A stretch of DNA of 64,000 nt, taken from positions 43,811 through 107,810 of the forward strand of contig JASFOJ010000001.1 of the NCBI GenBank assembly GCA_050116575.1. Reading direction: 5' to 3'. A program made the position numbers and the translations under genes. This document shows, one piece after another, positions 1-11,585 of the stretch. The notes under the pieces are model-generated. The model saw nothing but the letters and a program-made list of their open reading frames with translations. It was not told the origin of the DNA and did not search any database. This DNA comes from Gammaproteobacteria bacterium (GTDB lineage Bacteria > Pseudomonadota > Gammaproteobacteria > SZUA-152). Positions within the stretch are counted from its first letter, which is position 1; each line of letters starts with the position of its first letter.

Positions 1-307
1 CATATTGGCGGCCAGACAGTGGTCAGGACTGTTAGAAAAATTGTTAATTTGCGATCATCATAAACTATAATAGCGTCTGGTTTTGTCAACAAAGAGACGC
101 CTGTTTTTTTACAATTTCACGTTATAAGGTTGGTCATATAAACACCTGCGACAGCTCCGTGAGCGATATTTAGTATTTCGCCGGTATATTATGTAGTCAT
201 AAAAGCAACGTTGATGACTGCTATTATTCCCGCTGTCGAATACTTAAATAACAATAGTCGCAGGTTTGGAATTGCTTCGGCTTTATGCAAGGGACAAGGA
301 GCTATAT

Positions 308-1339
308 ATGAGGTTTGCTGACGGTAGCGGACGTCACCGGGTATGGCGGTATCTGGGCGCCCCACTGTTATTGGTCATTCCAGATATCTGTTATGCAGCA
401 ACAACGGAACTAAGCGGCCTGGTGGAAGCCGAAATGTCTGCGGGAAAAAATTTCCAAAACCAGAACGTTGGTGATATCAAATTGGCCACCGCCGCAGTGG
501 CGATAGATTCCGAGATCAACGAGTGGTATAGAGCTCATGTGTCGCTACTGTATGAGGAAGACCAAACCGACCTCGAAGTCGATGAAGGATTTATTCAGTC
601 CGGCAATTCCTTTTTGGGCGCGTTTTTCTTTAAGGCCGGCCAGTTTTACGTTCCGTTTGGCACATTCCAGTCCCACATGATTTCCGATCCGTTGACACTG
701 GCACTTGGCGAAACCCGCGAGTCCGCCGTGGTGGTAACCTACGACAATGGCTTTATCCTGTCGGGATACCTGTTTAACGGCGCATTGACCAAACCCGGCG
801 GAGAAAATAAAGTCGACAACTTCGGCGTATCCATCGGTTTCGTTTATCGTAGCGACGCCTGGATGCTCGATATCGGTGGCGGATACATCAACAACCTCGG
901 CGAGTCCGATACCCTGGACCAGGTCATTACCACCAATCTAGATGGCAATGAAGTTGATTATGTTCCGGGGTTCATGGGCTACCTGGCCCTGCAATGGGGT
1001 ACTTTCCAGATTATCGGCGAACTTATTGCTGCAGATGGCGAATTTAATACCGGCGAAGTGCAGACTTCCAAGAGGAGCAAACCCAGCGCCACCAACGTGG
1101 AACTCGGTTATACGTTCTCCAGCGGATTGAATATCGCTGTGGGGTTTCAAAACACGGTGGATCTTGCCGGCTTGAACGGCTTTCCCGAATCACGGGCGTT
1201 ACTGGGATTATCCTACCGAATTAACCAGGGAACCACCGTTGCCTTTGAGTACGCCAGCGATTCGGATTATTCGCAGGCCGACGGCGGCAGTGGTAACTCG
1301 GCATCCACGGCTACTTTGCAACTGGCCACGGTGTTCTAG
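308..1339 (+). CDS. putative outer-membrane beta-barrel porin
   Basis: ORF 266-1339. The internal ATG at 308 is preceded by AAGGAG. It has a basic n-region plus the hydrophobic LLLVIPDICYA signal, alternating Gly/Tyr-rich amphipathic segments, and the terminal ...LATVF (C-terminal Phe) typical of OMP barrels. Confidence 0.5.
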   Translation: MRFADGSGRHRVWRYLGAPLLLVIPDICYAATTELSGLVEAEMSAGKNFQNQNVGDIKLATAAVAIDSEINEWYRAHVSLLYEEDQTDLEVDEGFIQSGNSFLGAFFFKAGQFYVPFGTFQSHMISDPLTLALGETRESAVVVTYDNGFILSGYLFNGALTKPGGENKVDNFGVSIGFVYRSDAWMLDIGGGYINNLGESDTLDQVITTNLDGNEVDYVPGFMGYLALQWGTFQIIGELIAADGEFNTGEVQTSKRSKPSATNVELGYTFSSGLNIAVGFQNTVDLAGLNGFPESRALLGLSYRINQGTTVAFEYASDSDYSQADGGSGNSASTATLQLATVF

Positions 1340-1377
1340 TTTAACCTCCAACGGCAATCTTTCAACAACGCCAAAGA

Positions 1378-1406
1378 CAAAAAGCCCCGCAGTGCGGGGC
1401 AAAAAG
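1378..1406 (-). terminator. intrinsic terminator hairpin (minus-strand orientation)
   Basis: GCCCCGCAGTGCGGGGC perfect stem-loop. On the minus strand it is followed by UUUUUG. On the plus strand it is followed by AAAAAG only, so termination is efficient mainly for minus-strand transcripts. Confidence 0.5.
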
Positions 1407-1906
1407 ACTAGTACATGGATCTTCAAACTCCCTATGCAGACATATGAAAACGACCTAGTATCGACTTCACAATGACTGCAATACTTGCATCACCGATTCC
1501 ATTCGGCGAGATCATGTTCACAGGAGTAATACATGATATTGATGGTAATTCATGATTTGTACCACGTATGATAATCAACTGCATTTCAATAAGTTAAACG
1601 TTGCACGCATTACTCTCGTTAATGAATTGTTAAATATTCCGACACTGATGCAGTATAAATTTCAAACATATTAGTCATCAATTTACCCAATTCATCATAC
1701 GGCAGTTAACAGCGCGACACTGCGAGATCCCTGGTTAATGAATCTTCTTTTGGTAAACGCAATGTCTGGCCAATTGGGTTAGATTTGCTGATTGCATTGT
1801 GTTCCACCCGTTCGAGTAACCGTCAGCACTGACCCGCTGTTGACATTCTGAGATGCATTAGACAATCGGGCTGAACCTCCCCCGACAAGCTTGTACCACA
1901 AGAGCG

Positions 1907-3295
1907 TTAGTTTTTTGATTTGCGGGTGTGGCGTTTCAACCGTTGCTTTTTGCCAATTTGCCGCTTGGTTAATTTATTGCGTTTACCCTGATAGGGGTTT
2001 TTGCCGGTAACGAATTCCAGCCTGACCGGCGTACCCTCCAGCTGCAGCGCTTCGATAAAATAATTCATCAAATAACGGCGATAAGTGGTGGGTACTTTTT
2101 CCGTCTGGTTGCCGTGGATCACGATCACCGGCGGATTGCGCCCACCCTGGTGCGCGTACCGCAGTTTGATCCGGCGCCCCTGCACCAGCGGCGGCTGATG
2201 CGCCTCCACGGCGGTTTCCAGTATCCGGGTCAAATGGGAAGTCGTCACATCAATGGTGGCGGATTGATACGCCTGCAATATGGGCTGAAATAGATTGCCG
2301 ACATTGGTGCCGTGCAAAGCCGACACAAACAGGATCCGGGCGAATTCGCAGAATTGCAGTTTTCGATCCAGTTCGGTTTTTACCCGCTGGCGCTGGTCCT
2401 GGCTTAAGCCATCCCATTTGTTGACGACAATCAGCAGTGCCCGTCCCGCATCCAGGATGTAGCCCAGCAAATGGGCATCCTGGTCACTGATCCCCTGGTG
2501 AGCGTCGATGACCATCACCGCGACGTGTGAGCGGTCAATGGCCTGCAGGGTTTTTATCACGCTGAATTTTTCCAGTTGATCATCAACGCGGCTGCGGCGC
2601 CTGACACCGGCAGTATCAATAAGCACGTAGTGCTGCTCTTCACGGGTGAACGGAATATAAATACTGTCACGGGTGGTCCCCGGCATGTCATAAACCAGGA
2701 CCCGCTCTTCGCCCAGAATCCGGTTGATCAAAGTTGACTTGCCCACATTGGGTTTGCCAACGACGGCGATGCGAATGCCCTGGGGTTCGTTTTCAACTTC
2801 GCCGGCAACTTCCTGCTCAATTACCGCGTTTATCAGCGAGTAAACGCCGCGATTATTCGAAGCACTCAACGCATGGGGTTCACCAAACCCCAAACTGTAA
2901 AAATCAGCAAGCGCCACATCGGCATTAACACCGTCGATCTTGTTAACCACCAGATGAACACTTTGATGACAACGGCGCAGTCGATTGGCAATTTCCTGGT
3001 CCCCAGGCAATACCCCTTGCCGGGCATCGGTCAGAAACAGCACCACATCCGCTTCGTTGACCGCCTGCCAGACCTGGTCGGCCATTAACGCGTCCAGGTT
3101 GTCGGCCTCGCCGCTCAGACCGCCTGTATCAATGACAATAAAATGCCTGTCATCAATGTGGCCTTCACCGTACTTGCGGTCACGCGTCAAGCCCGGCTGA
3201 TCGGCGACCAACGCGTCCCGGGATCGGGTCAGACAATTAAATAACGTGGATTTTCCGACGTTGGGGCGGCCCACCAGGGCGATGACAGGTTTCAT
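1907..3295 (-). CDS. der: ribosome-associated GTPase Der/EngA (two tandem GTPase domains)
   Basis: [20 protein letters not shown]... with a second [10 protein letters not shown]-loop mid-protein and a KH-like C-terminus. Position after bamB is conserved. Confidence 0.9.
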   Translation of the reverse strand: MKPVIALVGRPNVGKSTLFNCLTRSRDALVADQPGLTRDRKYGEGHIDDRHFIVIDTGGLSGEADNLDALMADQVWQAVNEADVVLFLTDARQGVLPGDQEIANRLRRCHQSVHLVVNKIDGVNADVALADFYSLGFGEPHALSASNNRGVYSLINAVIEQEVAGEVENEPQGIRIAVVGKPNVGKSTLINRILGEERVLVYDMPGTTRDSIYIPFTREEQHYVLIDTAGVRRRSRVDDQLEKFSVIKTLQAIDRSHVAVMVIDAHQGISDQDAHLLGYILDAGRALLIVVNKWDGLSQDQRQRVKTELDRKLQFCEFARILFVSALHGTNVGNLFQPILQAYQSATIDVTTSHLTRILETAVEAHQPPLVQGRRIKLRYAHQGGRNPPVIVIHGNQTEKVPTTYRRYLMNYFIEALQLEGTPVRLEFVTGKNPYQGKRNKLTKRQIGKKQRLKRHTRKSKN

Positions 3296-3322
3296 GGCAG
3301 GTATAGAAAATGGTGACGACCG

Positions 3323-4519
3323 TCAGTTCGTGGACGACGATGACAACTTGAAGACGGATAACGCCCCCATGTTGTTCCTCACGTAAAGCCGGTTGGCAGC
3401 CACTTCCAGGGTACTGGTGACGCCGAAATCGTATTCCTTGCGGTTCTCATCACCCCAGTCGTAAAATGCCCAGTCGTAAATTTTAGCCAGGTTTTCACGG
3501 GCAACGAATGCACCGTCTTCTTTTGACAGCCAGTGTACGAATCCGGCGCCGTCGGCGACCACCACGGTATCGCCCTGGATAACAGGCGCGGTCACATCAC
3601 GTCCTTTCAACGCATCCTGACGCCATAGTGTTGCGCCGGAACGGCGGTCAACGGCCCACACGTGGCCTTCCGCATCTGTTAAATACAACTGCTGCTGGTC
3701 CAGCGCCAACCCCGTATACGACGACATTTCCCGCGTCCAGATCGCGCTGCCATCGTCGACGGCTATCGCCGCCATACGCCCCTGGTAGGTCACGGCATAT
3801 ATTTCACCGTTGTTGGCCTCGATCAATCCATCAATATCCACCATACGTTGCAGGTCAGTACGACCGCTGGGAACGGCAATAACGCTCTCCCATAATCGTT
3901 TACCGGTTTTGGCATCGAATGCGGCAAGCTTGCCGTTGGCGAAACCGGCAATAACCCTGTCGTCCACAACGATAGGGGGAGACGTTCCCCGCAATGTCAA
4001 TGCCGGCACTTCCCGGGAATTGATCCAGATTTTTTGTCCGTTGTGCTTGTTATAGGCTGCCAGTTTTCCATCAATGGTATGAACGAATAATTGGTCGCCC
4101 GCAATCGCCGGATTGGCCAATATCTCGCTGGACAGTTCGGTCTGCCACAGAACATCTCCGGAATCCGCATCCAATGCCATCAACTGTGCGTCACCGGTAC
4201 CCAGATACACCTGTTTACCGTCAACTTTGGGCCCACTGGTAATTTCCACGGGCAACGGCCGGCTCCACAGGATTTCGCCACCGTTGGGTTTTAATGCCAT
4301 CAGTTCGCCTTTCTCACTGGCAGCATAAACACGGTCTTCGGTAACAGCCACGGACAATTGACGATGCTGGCGCAGATATTTTTCCCCCACCTTGGCCACC
4401 CACAGTGGAACGACGTCCACGCGAGAAGATATCGGATCCAGTTTGGGATAGACTTTTTTACCGGTACCGCTGCAGGCGGTCAGCGCCAACAGCAAAGCAA
4501 TCAGCCACAGCCTTCTCAT
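3323..4519 (-). CDS. bamB: outer membrane protein assembly factor BamB (PQQ-repeat beta-propeller lipoprotein)
   Basis: Lipoprotein signal LLLALTAC, repeated WxxxL PQQ-like motifs, 4-bp overlap with upstream yfgM, and der-bamB-yfgM-hisS synteny. Confidence 0.85.
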   Translation of the reverse strand: MRRLWLIALLLALTACSGTGKKVYPKLDPISSRVDVVPLWVAKVGEKYLRQHRQLSVAVTEDRVYAASEKGELMALKPNGGEILWSRPLPVEITSGPKVDGKQVYLGTGDAQLMALDADSGDVLWQTELSSEILANPAIAGDQLFVHTIDGKLAAYNKHNGQKIWINSREVPALTLRGTSPPIVVDDRVIAGFANGKLAAFDAKTGKRLWESVIAVPSGRTDLQRMVDIDGLIEANNGEIYAVTYQGRMAAIAVDDGSAIWTREMSSYTGLALDQQQLYLTDAEGHVWAVDRRSGATLWRQDALKGRDVTAPVIQGDTVVVADGAGFVHWLSKEDGAFVARENLAKIYDWAFYDWGDENRKEYDFGVTSTLEVAANRLYVRNNMGALSVFKLSSSSTN

Positions 4520-5235
4520 GATGATTCTCCGGCGGGTTCGGAAGCGGCCGGTTGTTCGCCGGCTGCCGGTTCGGCAACGGGGGGCTCGGCGACACCACCA
4601 AGGTCATCCAGTTTAATTTGCAGATAATTTTTTAATCGTGGCGAGGCACTGGACTGGGATTGGCTCAACTGCACCAACGCCCGTTCGTAGGCAATCCTGG
4701 CTTTATCCTTGTCATTCTGCGCAACATAGATGTCGCCTTTTAACTCCTGCACCGGAACGTCGTATTCTGATAACGTTACGTTGGACAATTGCTGTAACGC
4801 ATCATCATAGCGTTCCTCAGCCAGCAACACCCGGGCGTATCGAATCTGTGCTTCGGTTTTCACTTCCGGCAACACCGCGTTGTCCATTGCCCAGCGCAAA
4901 TGGGATTTGGCCGCCACCAGGTCATTACTATCGACCTTTATTTTTGCCATGGTAAGCGCCGCCAACGCGGCATAGGGAGTATCGGCATAGTCTTTGAGTA
5001 ACGCCAAAGCATGATTGGACGCCTCTTCTGTCTTATCCTGGGTTACCGCCTGCACCATGGCTTCGTATTCAATGGATCCCATCTCGGCATGATAGTTCCG
5101 GTGGTCCCACCAGTACTTGCCACCGAACAAAATACCCAAACCAATCAGCACACCGCCCAGTAACGACAGCCAGTTTTCTTTCCACCATTTTTTGATAGCG
5201 GCAATTTGTTCTTCTTCCGTTGTATAAACTTCCAC
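4516..5235 (-). CDS. yfgM: YfgM-like TPR membrane protein (ancillary SecYEG/periplasmic chaperone partner)
   Basis: N-terminal TM (LSLLGGVLIGLGILFGG), TPR-like body, and a Pro/Ala/Glu-rich C-terminal tail. It sits between hisS and bamB as in E. coli and Pseudomonas. Confidence 0.7.
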   Translation of the reverse strand: MEVYTTEEEQIAAIKKWWKENWLSLLGGVLIGLGILFGGKYWWDHRNYHAEMGSIEYEAMVQAVTQDKTEEASNHALALLKDYADTPYAALAALTMAKIKVDSNDLVAAKSHLRWAMDNAVLPEVKTEAQIRYARVLLAEERYDDALQQLSNVTLSEYDVPVQELKGDIYVAQNDKDKARIAYERALVQLSQSQSSASPRLKNYLQIKLDDLGGVAEPPVAEPAAGEQPAASEPAGESS

Positions 5236-5260
5236 GTTCGCTCTCCACTTACCAAGTTTG

Positions 5261-6523
5261 TTAAATCATTGCTTTTAGCATGTCATGCAGTTCATCGGCT
5301 GAGACATGTCGCTGCGGTTTGTCCTCCCGCAGGAATTTAATACCAACGGTACCGCTGCTCATTTCATCATCGCCCACGATCAATGCCAGCCGGGCACCAC
5401 TTTTATCCGCCCGCTTGAATTGGCTTTTAAAACTGCCACCGCCGCAGTGCATCAGTAACCGCAGGTCCGGCAACTGTTCACGCAAGGATTCGCAAAGCTG
5501 CATACCATAGCCGAACGCGTCGTCTGTCGCGATCACGCAATAGGCGTGGGGTTCAGCATCGGTTTTGATATGTTCGCGCACCAGTTCAACCAGCCGCTCG
5601 ATGCCCATGGCAAAGCCGGCGGCGGGCACGGACTTGCCACCCAGTTGCTCTACCAGGCCGTCATAACGGCCGCCGGCGCAGACGGTTCCCTGCGCGCCCA
5701 ATTGCGTCGTCACCCATTCAAAAACGGTCTTATTGTAGTAATCAAGGCCGCGAACCAACCGGGGATTCACTGTATAAGGTATGCCAATATGATCCAGTAT
5801 CGATAAAACCCCTTCAAAGTGTTCCCTGGACTCGGTGTTTAAATGATCCTGCAACCTGGGCGCCTCTTCGATCAACGCCTGCATCGCCGGGTTTTTACTG
5901 TCGAGAATACGCAACGGATTACTGTGCAAACGCCGCTGACTGTCTTCATCCAGCGATGCCTGGTGCCGGGAAAAATAATCCACCAGGATCTCGCGATATG
6001 CCCGGCGACACTGGTTACTGCCCAGTGAATTGATTTGCAATTCCAGCCCGTCTATACCCAGTTGTTTCCACAAGCGGGCGGTCATGGCAATTAATTCGGC
6101 GTCGATATCCGGGCCCGACATGCCAAAGGCTTCCACGCCCACCTGGTGAAACTGCCGGTAACGGCCCTTTTGTGGCCGTTCGTGCCGGTACATGGGGCCG
6201 ATATACCATAAACGCCGGGATTGATTGTTGATGAGAGCGTTTTCGATGCAGGCCCGCACACAGCCCGCGGTACCTTCGGGGCGCAATGTGAGACTGTCGC
6301 CATTGCGGTCTTCAAAGGTATACATTTCCTTTTCCACAATATCGGTCACTTCACCGATGGAACGGGCGAATAACTCGGTTTTTTCCACTATGGGGAAACG
6401 AATCTCCTGGTAACCGTAACCGCCAATGGTGCGCTTAACGGCATTTTCCAGTGTTTGCCACACGGCGCTGCTATCCGGCGTAATATCATTCATGCCGCGA
6501 ATGGCTTGTATGGACTTCGACAA
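5261..6523 (-). CDS. hisS: histidyl-tRNA synthetase
   Basis: [17 protein letters not shown]... class II aaRS motifs and the ispG-hisS neighbourhood. Confidence 0.9.
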   Translation of the reverse strand: MSKSIQAIRGMNDITPDSSAVWQTLENAVKRTIGGYGYQEIRFPIVEKTELFARSIGEVTDIVEKEMYTFEDRNGDSLTLRPEGTAGCVRACIENALINNQSRRLWYIGPMYRHERPQKGRYRQFHQVGVEAFGMSGPDIDAELIAMTARLWKQLGIDGLELQINSLGSNQCRRAYREILVDYFSRHQASLDEDSQRRLHSNPLRILDSKNPAMQALIEEAPRLQDHLNTESREHFEGVLSILDHIGIPYTVNPRLVRGLDYYNKTVFEWVTTQLGAQGTVCAGGRYDGLVEQLGGKSVPAAGFAMGIERLVELVREHIKTDAEPHAYCVIATDDAFGYGMQLCESLREQLPDLRLLMHCGGGSFKSQFKRADKSGARLALIVGDDEMSSGTVGIKFLREDKPQRHVSADELHDMLKAMI

Positions 6524-6639
6524 AACGGTGTTCCTCGCGAATTAATTCTTGTTTTTTAGTTTCGGTTTATGATCTGGTACACATCATTGTGTTAAGCGCG
6601 TTAACGATGGTGGCGTGTTGATTGTTCAATACGATGTAA

Positions 6640-7851
6640 TTATCCGGTCAATTTCCCGATGGATACGGTTTGGTTTTTCTGTTGACCTTGCTGGCCTTGC
6701 CGCGACGACGATTGCACCTGATTGCCGGAGACCTGCACGTTAATTGGAGAGGAATCCGTGGTGTTGGTTTCCAGGCGTTTTGCCACTTCCGTGCGCACTA
6801 CTTTTTCCAAATCATCCACTAACTGTTCATTGGAAATTTTATGATCGGGTTTGCCATCACGGTATAACAGGTTGGGAGTACCGCCGGTCAGTCCGATATC
6901 CGCTTCCCGGGCTTCGCCGGGGCCATTGACAACACAACCGATAATGGCAACGTCCAGGGGAACGAGTATATCTTCCAGTCGTTGCTCCAGGGCATTCACT
7001 GTCCCAATGACATCGAAGTTTTGCCGTGAACACGACGGACAGGCAATAAAGTTAATCCCCTTGCTGCGAATGTGCAGGCTCTTGAGAATATCAAAACCCA
7101 CTTTAATTTCTTCTACCGGGTCGGCCGCCAGCGACACGCGAATAGTATCGCCGATACCTTCCGCCAGCAGCATGCCCAAGCCAATCGCCGACTTGACCGA
7201 TCCGGAACGAAAACCACCGGCTTCGGTAATACCCAGGTGCAGTGGCTGGTCAATCTCACCGGCCAGTTCTCTGTAGGCCAGTACGGTCATGAAAACATCC
7301 GACGCCTTGAGGCTGATTTTAAAATCCTGGAAATCCAGGCGGTCCAGGATATCAATATGGCGCTTCGCTGATTCCACCAGCGCCTGTGGTGTCGGCTCGC
7401 CGTATTTTTTTTGCAGTTCTTTTTCCAGTGAACCGGCATTGACGCCGACCCGAATAGGAATATTACGGTCCCGGGCCGATTCGACAACTGCGCGTACCCG
7501 GTCTTCACGTCCGATGTTGCCCGGATTGATCCGCAGACAGTCCGCTCCCAGCTCCGCAACGCGTAACGCGATCCGGTAATCAAAATGAATATCGGTCACC
7601 AGCGGGATGTTGACCTGTTGTTTGATCTGACCGAACGCCTCGGCCGCCTCCATGGTGGGAACCGATACCCGCACGATGTCAGCCCCAACATTTTCCAGTT
7701 GCCGGATCTGGCGCACGGTACTATCGACGTCCGTGGTTTGCGTGTTGGTCATGCTTTGCACCGCCACGGGGGCACCACCACCAATGGGGACATTACCAAC
7801 CATGATCTGCCGAGAAGCACGGCGTTTAATTGTGTAAACCGGTTGTGTCAT
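6640..7851 (-). CDS. ispG: 4-hydroxy-3-methylbut-2-enyl diphosphate synthase IspG/GcpE
   Basis: N-terminus ...[25 protein letters not shown]-terminal CPSC...C [4Fe-4S] motif, and an extra Q/S-rich C-terminal tail. Confidence 0.9.
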   Translation of the reverse strand: MTQPVYTIKRRASRQIMVGNVPIGGGAPVAVQSMTNTQTTDVDSTVRQIRQLENVGADIVRVSVPTMEAAEAFGQIKQQVNIPLVTDIHFDYRIALRVAELGADCLRINPGNIGREDRVRAVVESARDRNIPIRVGVNAGSLEKELQKKYGEPTPQALVESAKRHIDILDRLDFQDFKISLKASDVFMTVLAYRELAGEIDQPLHLGITEAGGFRSGSVKSAIGLGMLLAEGIGDTIRVSLAADPVEEIKVGFDILKSLHIRSKGINFIACPSCSRQNFDVIGTVNALEQRLEDILVPLDVAIIGCVVNGPGEAREADIGLTGGTPNLLYRDGKPDHKISNEQLVDDLEKVVRTEVAKRLETNTTDSSPINVQVSGNQVQSSSRQGQQGQQKNQTVSIGKLTG

Positions 7852-7966
7852 ACTGATTTATTGTTCTCTTGCCATGTCTTGTAATTTGTTTTGGTACTGA
7901 TTGTCAGTGCCATTGACCATACAGATATAGATGGCGATAGCGTCATAGTATCGCCGCCTTTAAACC

Positions 7967-8941
7967 TCACTCCTCGGGCTCCCTCAGGACAAAACGCCCG
8001 ACTCGGCTTTGATGAAAACGCGACAAATCATAGGGTTCGCCATTATACTCCAGTGTCACCCCCGGCGTGTAACCCAATACCACGTTAAAAGGTGGCACGC
8101 CCTCCACAGTGTGACTGTTACCGGCATGTCCAAGCTTGCGAATCAGTGGTTTACCCGTAGCGTCACGAATATCCACCCAGGAGTCTTCGGAATAACGCAG
8201 CGTGATTTCCGCCAGTTGCTTGGCGTTTTGCGCCAGTGATTCCGCCGCCGCGATGTCTTCCTGCGTCGCGCCTGCGCCGCTTTTTGCCGCCGCAGTGGAC
8301 TGGGTCTGACCCGGCAAAGTCAGTTCAACGGTTTTTGTCTTCGTGTCTTTGGTCGCCGTGCCTTCGGCGGCGGTGACCGGCGTATCGTTATCCGGTGCGG
8401 TGGGTTGTAGTATATCCTCCGACGTCTGTTCCTGCTGCAATGACGGCTCGGTGGGTGCCTGCATGTTGGTAACCACCTGCCATGAGATGGCTAAAAAAAC
8501 CGCCACTCCCAGACCGATAATCAACAGCCGCAGGGATTTCTTGTCAGCATTGGCGCCATGAGACACGGAAAAACTTTTCGGCAACGAATTGTCCACATGC
8601 CGGTAACGAGCCGGTATTTTTTCCCGCGCCTGGGTAATCTCCGGCATGCTCGTGGACTCTTGCGAGGCGTAAGCGGCGACGACATCGTCGGCGGCCAAAC
8701 CCATGAGCTTGGCATATGCCCTGACGTATCCGGCGGTATAAACCGGTTCCGGCAAATCGTCCAGCTTGCCCTCTTCGAGGGCTTTGACATAACGTAAATC
8801 GAGCTTAAGTTCCTTGGCCACTTCTGACTGGGTCAGATCGTGTTTTTCGCGGGCTTGACGCAGTTGGTCCCACGGCGGGACCGTCGGCGCTGAAGCCTCT
8901 GCCGAGTGTTGTGACTCTTGTGCTTCTGCGACGTCATTCAT
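7967..8941 (-). CDS. rodZ: cytoskeleton protein RodZ (XRE-type HTH + TM + periplasmic domain)
   Basis: HTH LRQAREKHDLTQSEVAKELKLDLRYVKALEEG, a central TM segment, and its position between pilF and ispG. Confidence 0.75.
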   Translation of the reverse strand: MNDVAEAQESQHSAEASAPTVPPWDQLRQAREKHDLTQSEVAKELKLDLRYVKALEEGKLDDLPEPVYTAGYVRAYAKLMGLAADDVVAAYASQESTSMPEITQAREKIPARYRHVDNSLPKSFSVSHGANADKKSLRLLIIGLGVAVFLAISWQVVTNMQAPTEPSLQQEQTSEDILQPTAPDNDTPVTAAEGTATKDTKTKTVELTLPGQTQSTAAAKSGAGATQEDIAAAESLAQNAKQLAEITLRYSEDSWVDIRDATGKPLIRKLGHAGNSHTVEGVPPFNVVLGYTPGVTLEYNGEPYDLSRFHQSRVGRFVLREPEE

Positions 8942-9747
8942 GAGTGATTTTCTCCCAGCGAGTTAAGCATCTGTTTGTACTGCTCAGACTTTGGAAACTT
9001 GGACTGCAGCAGTTTGGCATAACGGTCCACCGCCTTGCGGTTACCCATCTTGCGTTCGATTTTAACACCCAGCCACAGGCTTTCCGGCGTATGGGCCGAT
9101 ACGGCTTCGAAGCGTTGCAAAAAGCCCCTCGCGGACAGGAAGTTTTTCTGCTTGTAGCGAATATCCGCCATATTAATCAACGAAACCGGTAGTTCCGGAT
9201 TTTTCTCCAAAGCCTTGGTGAGATACTTTTCAGCTTTATCAATATCCGGGATACGTTTGACACAGGCACCGGCATTTTCATAAGCCAGTTCCGGTGTCGA
9301 ATAACGCGGCGTATCGATGGCTTTAAGAAAATACTTTTCCGCTTCTCTAAACCTGCCCTGCTTGCAGAGAAACACGCCGTAGTTGTTGTACATCCCACCG
9401 TTTTCCGGGTTAAGGTCGATGGCCTCGCGATAGTGCTGGTCAGCTTTGTCAAACTTGAGCAACTGTTCGTAGGTCATGGCGATAGCACTGTGCGCCGGCG
9501 CGTAATCCGGTTTAATCTCGATAGCCTTTTTGAGCTTTTCCAGGGCATATTCCGGTTTGTTTTGCCGCAAATAACCCACGCCCAGTTTGACGTGAGTTTC
9601 CGCGACGCGTTGATCCTTTTCCTGCTGCTTCTCGTACTCAACAATAGTTGAACAACCCGTAACAGCAATCATCAATCCCGCGATTATCGCCGTGCCAACC
9701 AGTCGGCCTGCCACCACACGGACAGCGTTAAGCATCCCCTTCATCAC
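8938..9747 (-). CDS. pilF: type IV pilus biogenesis/stability TPR lipoprotein PilF/PilW
   Basis: Lipoprotein signal ...AVTGCS, TPR repeats, 4-bp overlap with rodZ, and rlmN-pilF-rodZ order as in Pseudomonas. Confidence 0.65.
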   Translation of the reverse strand: MMKGMLNAVRVVAGRLVGTAIIAGLMIAVTGCSTIVEYEKQQEKDQRVAETHVKLGVGYLRQNKPEYALEKLKKAIEIKPDYAPAHSAIAMTYEQLLKFDKADQHYREAIDLNPENGGMYNNYGVFLCKQGRFREAEKYFLKAIDTPRYSTPELAYENAGACVKRIPDIDKAEKYLTKALEKNPELPVSLINMADIRYKQKNFLSARGFLQRFEAVSAHTPESLWLGVKIERKMGNRKAVDRYAKLLQSKFPKSEQYKQMLNSLGENHS

Positions 9748-10853
9748 GTGGCACCCTGGGCGACGGGTAATTGCCGGTGTTTGCGTTTGGTTTTGTCGAC
9801 AACCTTGCCCACCAGCTGACCGCAGGCGGCGTCGATATCATCACCACGGGTTTTACGGGTGATCGTCGTTAAATCGTGTTGCATTAATATATCTCGAAAG
9901 CGGTTAATAGCCGGATCCGGCGATCGGCGGTATTGGGTGGCGGGAAACGGGTTAAACGGAATAAGGTTCACTTTGGCCGGTACATCCTTTAGCAATCGCA
10001 CCAGTTCCCTCGCGTGTTGTTCACTGTCATTGACACCGTCGAGCATGACATATTCTACGGTAATGCGCCGCCGGTCCGATCCCACGTAACGTTTACAGGC
10101 CGCGATCAAATCCGCGATGGGATATTTCCTGTTGAGAGGCACCAGTTCATTACGCAATTCGTCATTGGGTGCATGCAACGACAGCGCCAGGCTGACGTCA
10201 CTGACTTCACGCAATCTGTCCAGCGCCGGAATAACACCCGCCGTGCTCAAAGTAACGCGCCGCTTCGACAACCCATAGGCGAAGTCATCCATCATCAGAT
10301 TCATCGCTCTGACCACATTGTCAAAGTTTAGCAGAGGCTCGCCCATTCCCATCATGACGACATTGGATATGATTCGCTGTCCCTGCGGATCAAAACCCAG
10401 CTCACGGTTGGCAACCCACAGTTGGCCGATAATCTCCGCGGTGGACAGGTTACGGTTAAAGCCCTGTTGCGCCGTGGAACAAAACGAGCAGGCCAGCGCG
10501 CAACCTACCTGGGACGAAACACACAAAGTACCCCGGTCCTGCTCGGGTATAAACACGGTTTCGATATGGTTACCCGAATCAATTTCCAGTACCCATTTAT
10601 GCGTACCGTCACTGGATCGCTGGCTGGCCACCACCCGCGGCAAGCGAATGTCCGCAATGTCGCCGAGCTTGCTGCGTAGCGCCTTGCTCAAGTTAGTCAT
10701 GGTGTCAAAGTCACTGACGCCATGCTGGTATATCCACTTCAGAACCTGGGTCGCACGAAATGGTTTTTCACCAAGATCGGCGAAAAAGGCTTCCAGATCG
10801 GTGCGCGACAAATCCAGTAAATTGCGTTTTGACAATGACATATCTTTTTGCAT
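9744..10853 (-). CDS. rlmN: 23S rRNA/tRNA m2A methyltransferase RlmN (radical SAM)
   Basis: CxxxCxxC radical-SAM motif ([10 protein letters not shown]), conserved C-terminal region, and ndk-rlmN synteny. Confidence 0.9.
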   Translation of the reverse strand: MQKDMSLSKRNLLDLSRTDLEAFFADLGEKPFRATQVLKWIYQHGVSDFDTMTNLSKALRSKLGDIADIRLPRVVASQRSSDGTHKWVLEIDSGNHIETVFIPEQDRGTLCVSSQVGCALACSFCSTAQQGFNRNLSTAEIIGQLWVANRELGFDPQGQRIISNVVMMGMGEPLLNFDNVVRAMNLMMDDFAYGLSKRRVTLSTAGVIPALDRLREVSDVSLALSLHAPNDELRNELVPLNRKYPIADLIAACKRYVGSDRRRITVEYVMLDGVNDSEQHARELVRLLKDVPAKVNLIPFNPFPATQYRRSPDPAINRFRDILMQHDLTTITRKTRGDDIDAACGQLVGKVVDKTKRKHRQLPVAQGAT

Positions 10854-10951
10854 TGCTGTGATTAGACTGGCGAAAACCCCGGTTTACTCAACTTATTAAA
10901 CCCATTTCAGCCAATTGCCAGAATTGATCATAATTGCCGCCGTGCCGGCCA

Positions 10952-11383
10952 TTAGCGGGTCCGGGGGCACAGCTCATTATCCGCGAAGAAAAACGCGATC
11001 TCGGTTTTTGCGGTATCCGGTCCGTCGGAACCGTGCACGGCGTTTTCGTCAATAGTACTGGCAAAATCCGCCCGTATCGTACCGGGCTCGGCTTCCTGGG
11101 GATTGGTAGCCCCCATAATGGCCCGGTTTTGGGCAATGGCATTGTCCCCTTCCAGCACCTGTACCATCACGGGCCCTGAGGTCATAAATTCCACCAGATC
11201 CTTGAAAAATGGACGATCTTTGTGCACTGCATAAAATCCTTCTGCCTGTTCCTTGGTCAAGTGCAGCATTTTTGCGGCAATAATCGTGAGGCCGGCTTTT
11301 TCAAAGCGGGAATAGATTTCGCCGATAACGTTTTTAGCGACGGCGTCGGGCTTAATAATGGAAAAGGTACGTTCTGTTGCCAT
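10952..11383 (-). CDS. ndk: nucleoside diphosphate kinase
   Basis: [15 protein letters not shown]... NAVHGSD active-site His region, 143 aa. Confidence 0.9.
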   Translation of the reverse strand: MATERTFSIIKPDAVAKNVIGEIYSRFEKAGLTIIAAKMLHLTKEQAEGFYAVHKDRPFFKDLVEFMTSGPVMVQVLEGDNAIAQNRAIMGATNPQEAEPGTIRADFASTIDENAVHGSDGPDTAKTEIAFFFADNELCPRTR

Positions 11384-11585
11384 GTTTTTCGAACTCCGGA
11401 ATTAATACATATTATCCTGGCCCAAATCCTTCATCTGACGGGAAAATGAGACCGTTTCGTGGGTTAAACAGGTCATTATAACTAGGATCGGTGGTAAATA
11501 ACTAGCGGCGATGAATGCCACCGGAGCGCTGGCGTCTTCCCCGTGGTGGATACCGCCTGACAGGGATATCCGAACAGGTGAGGGT

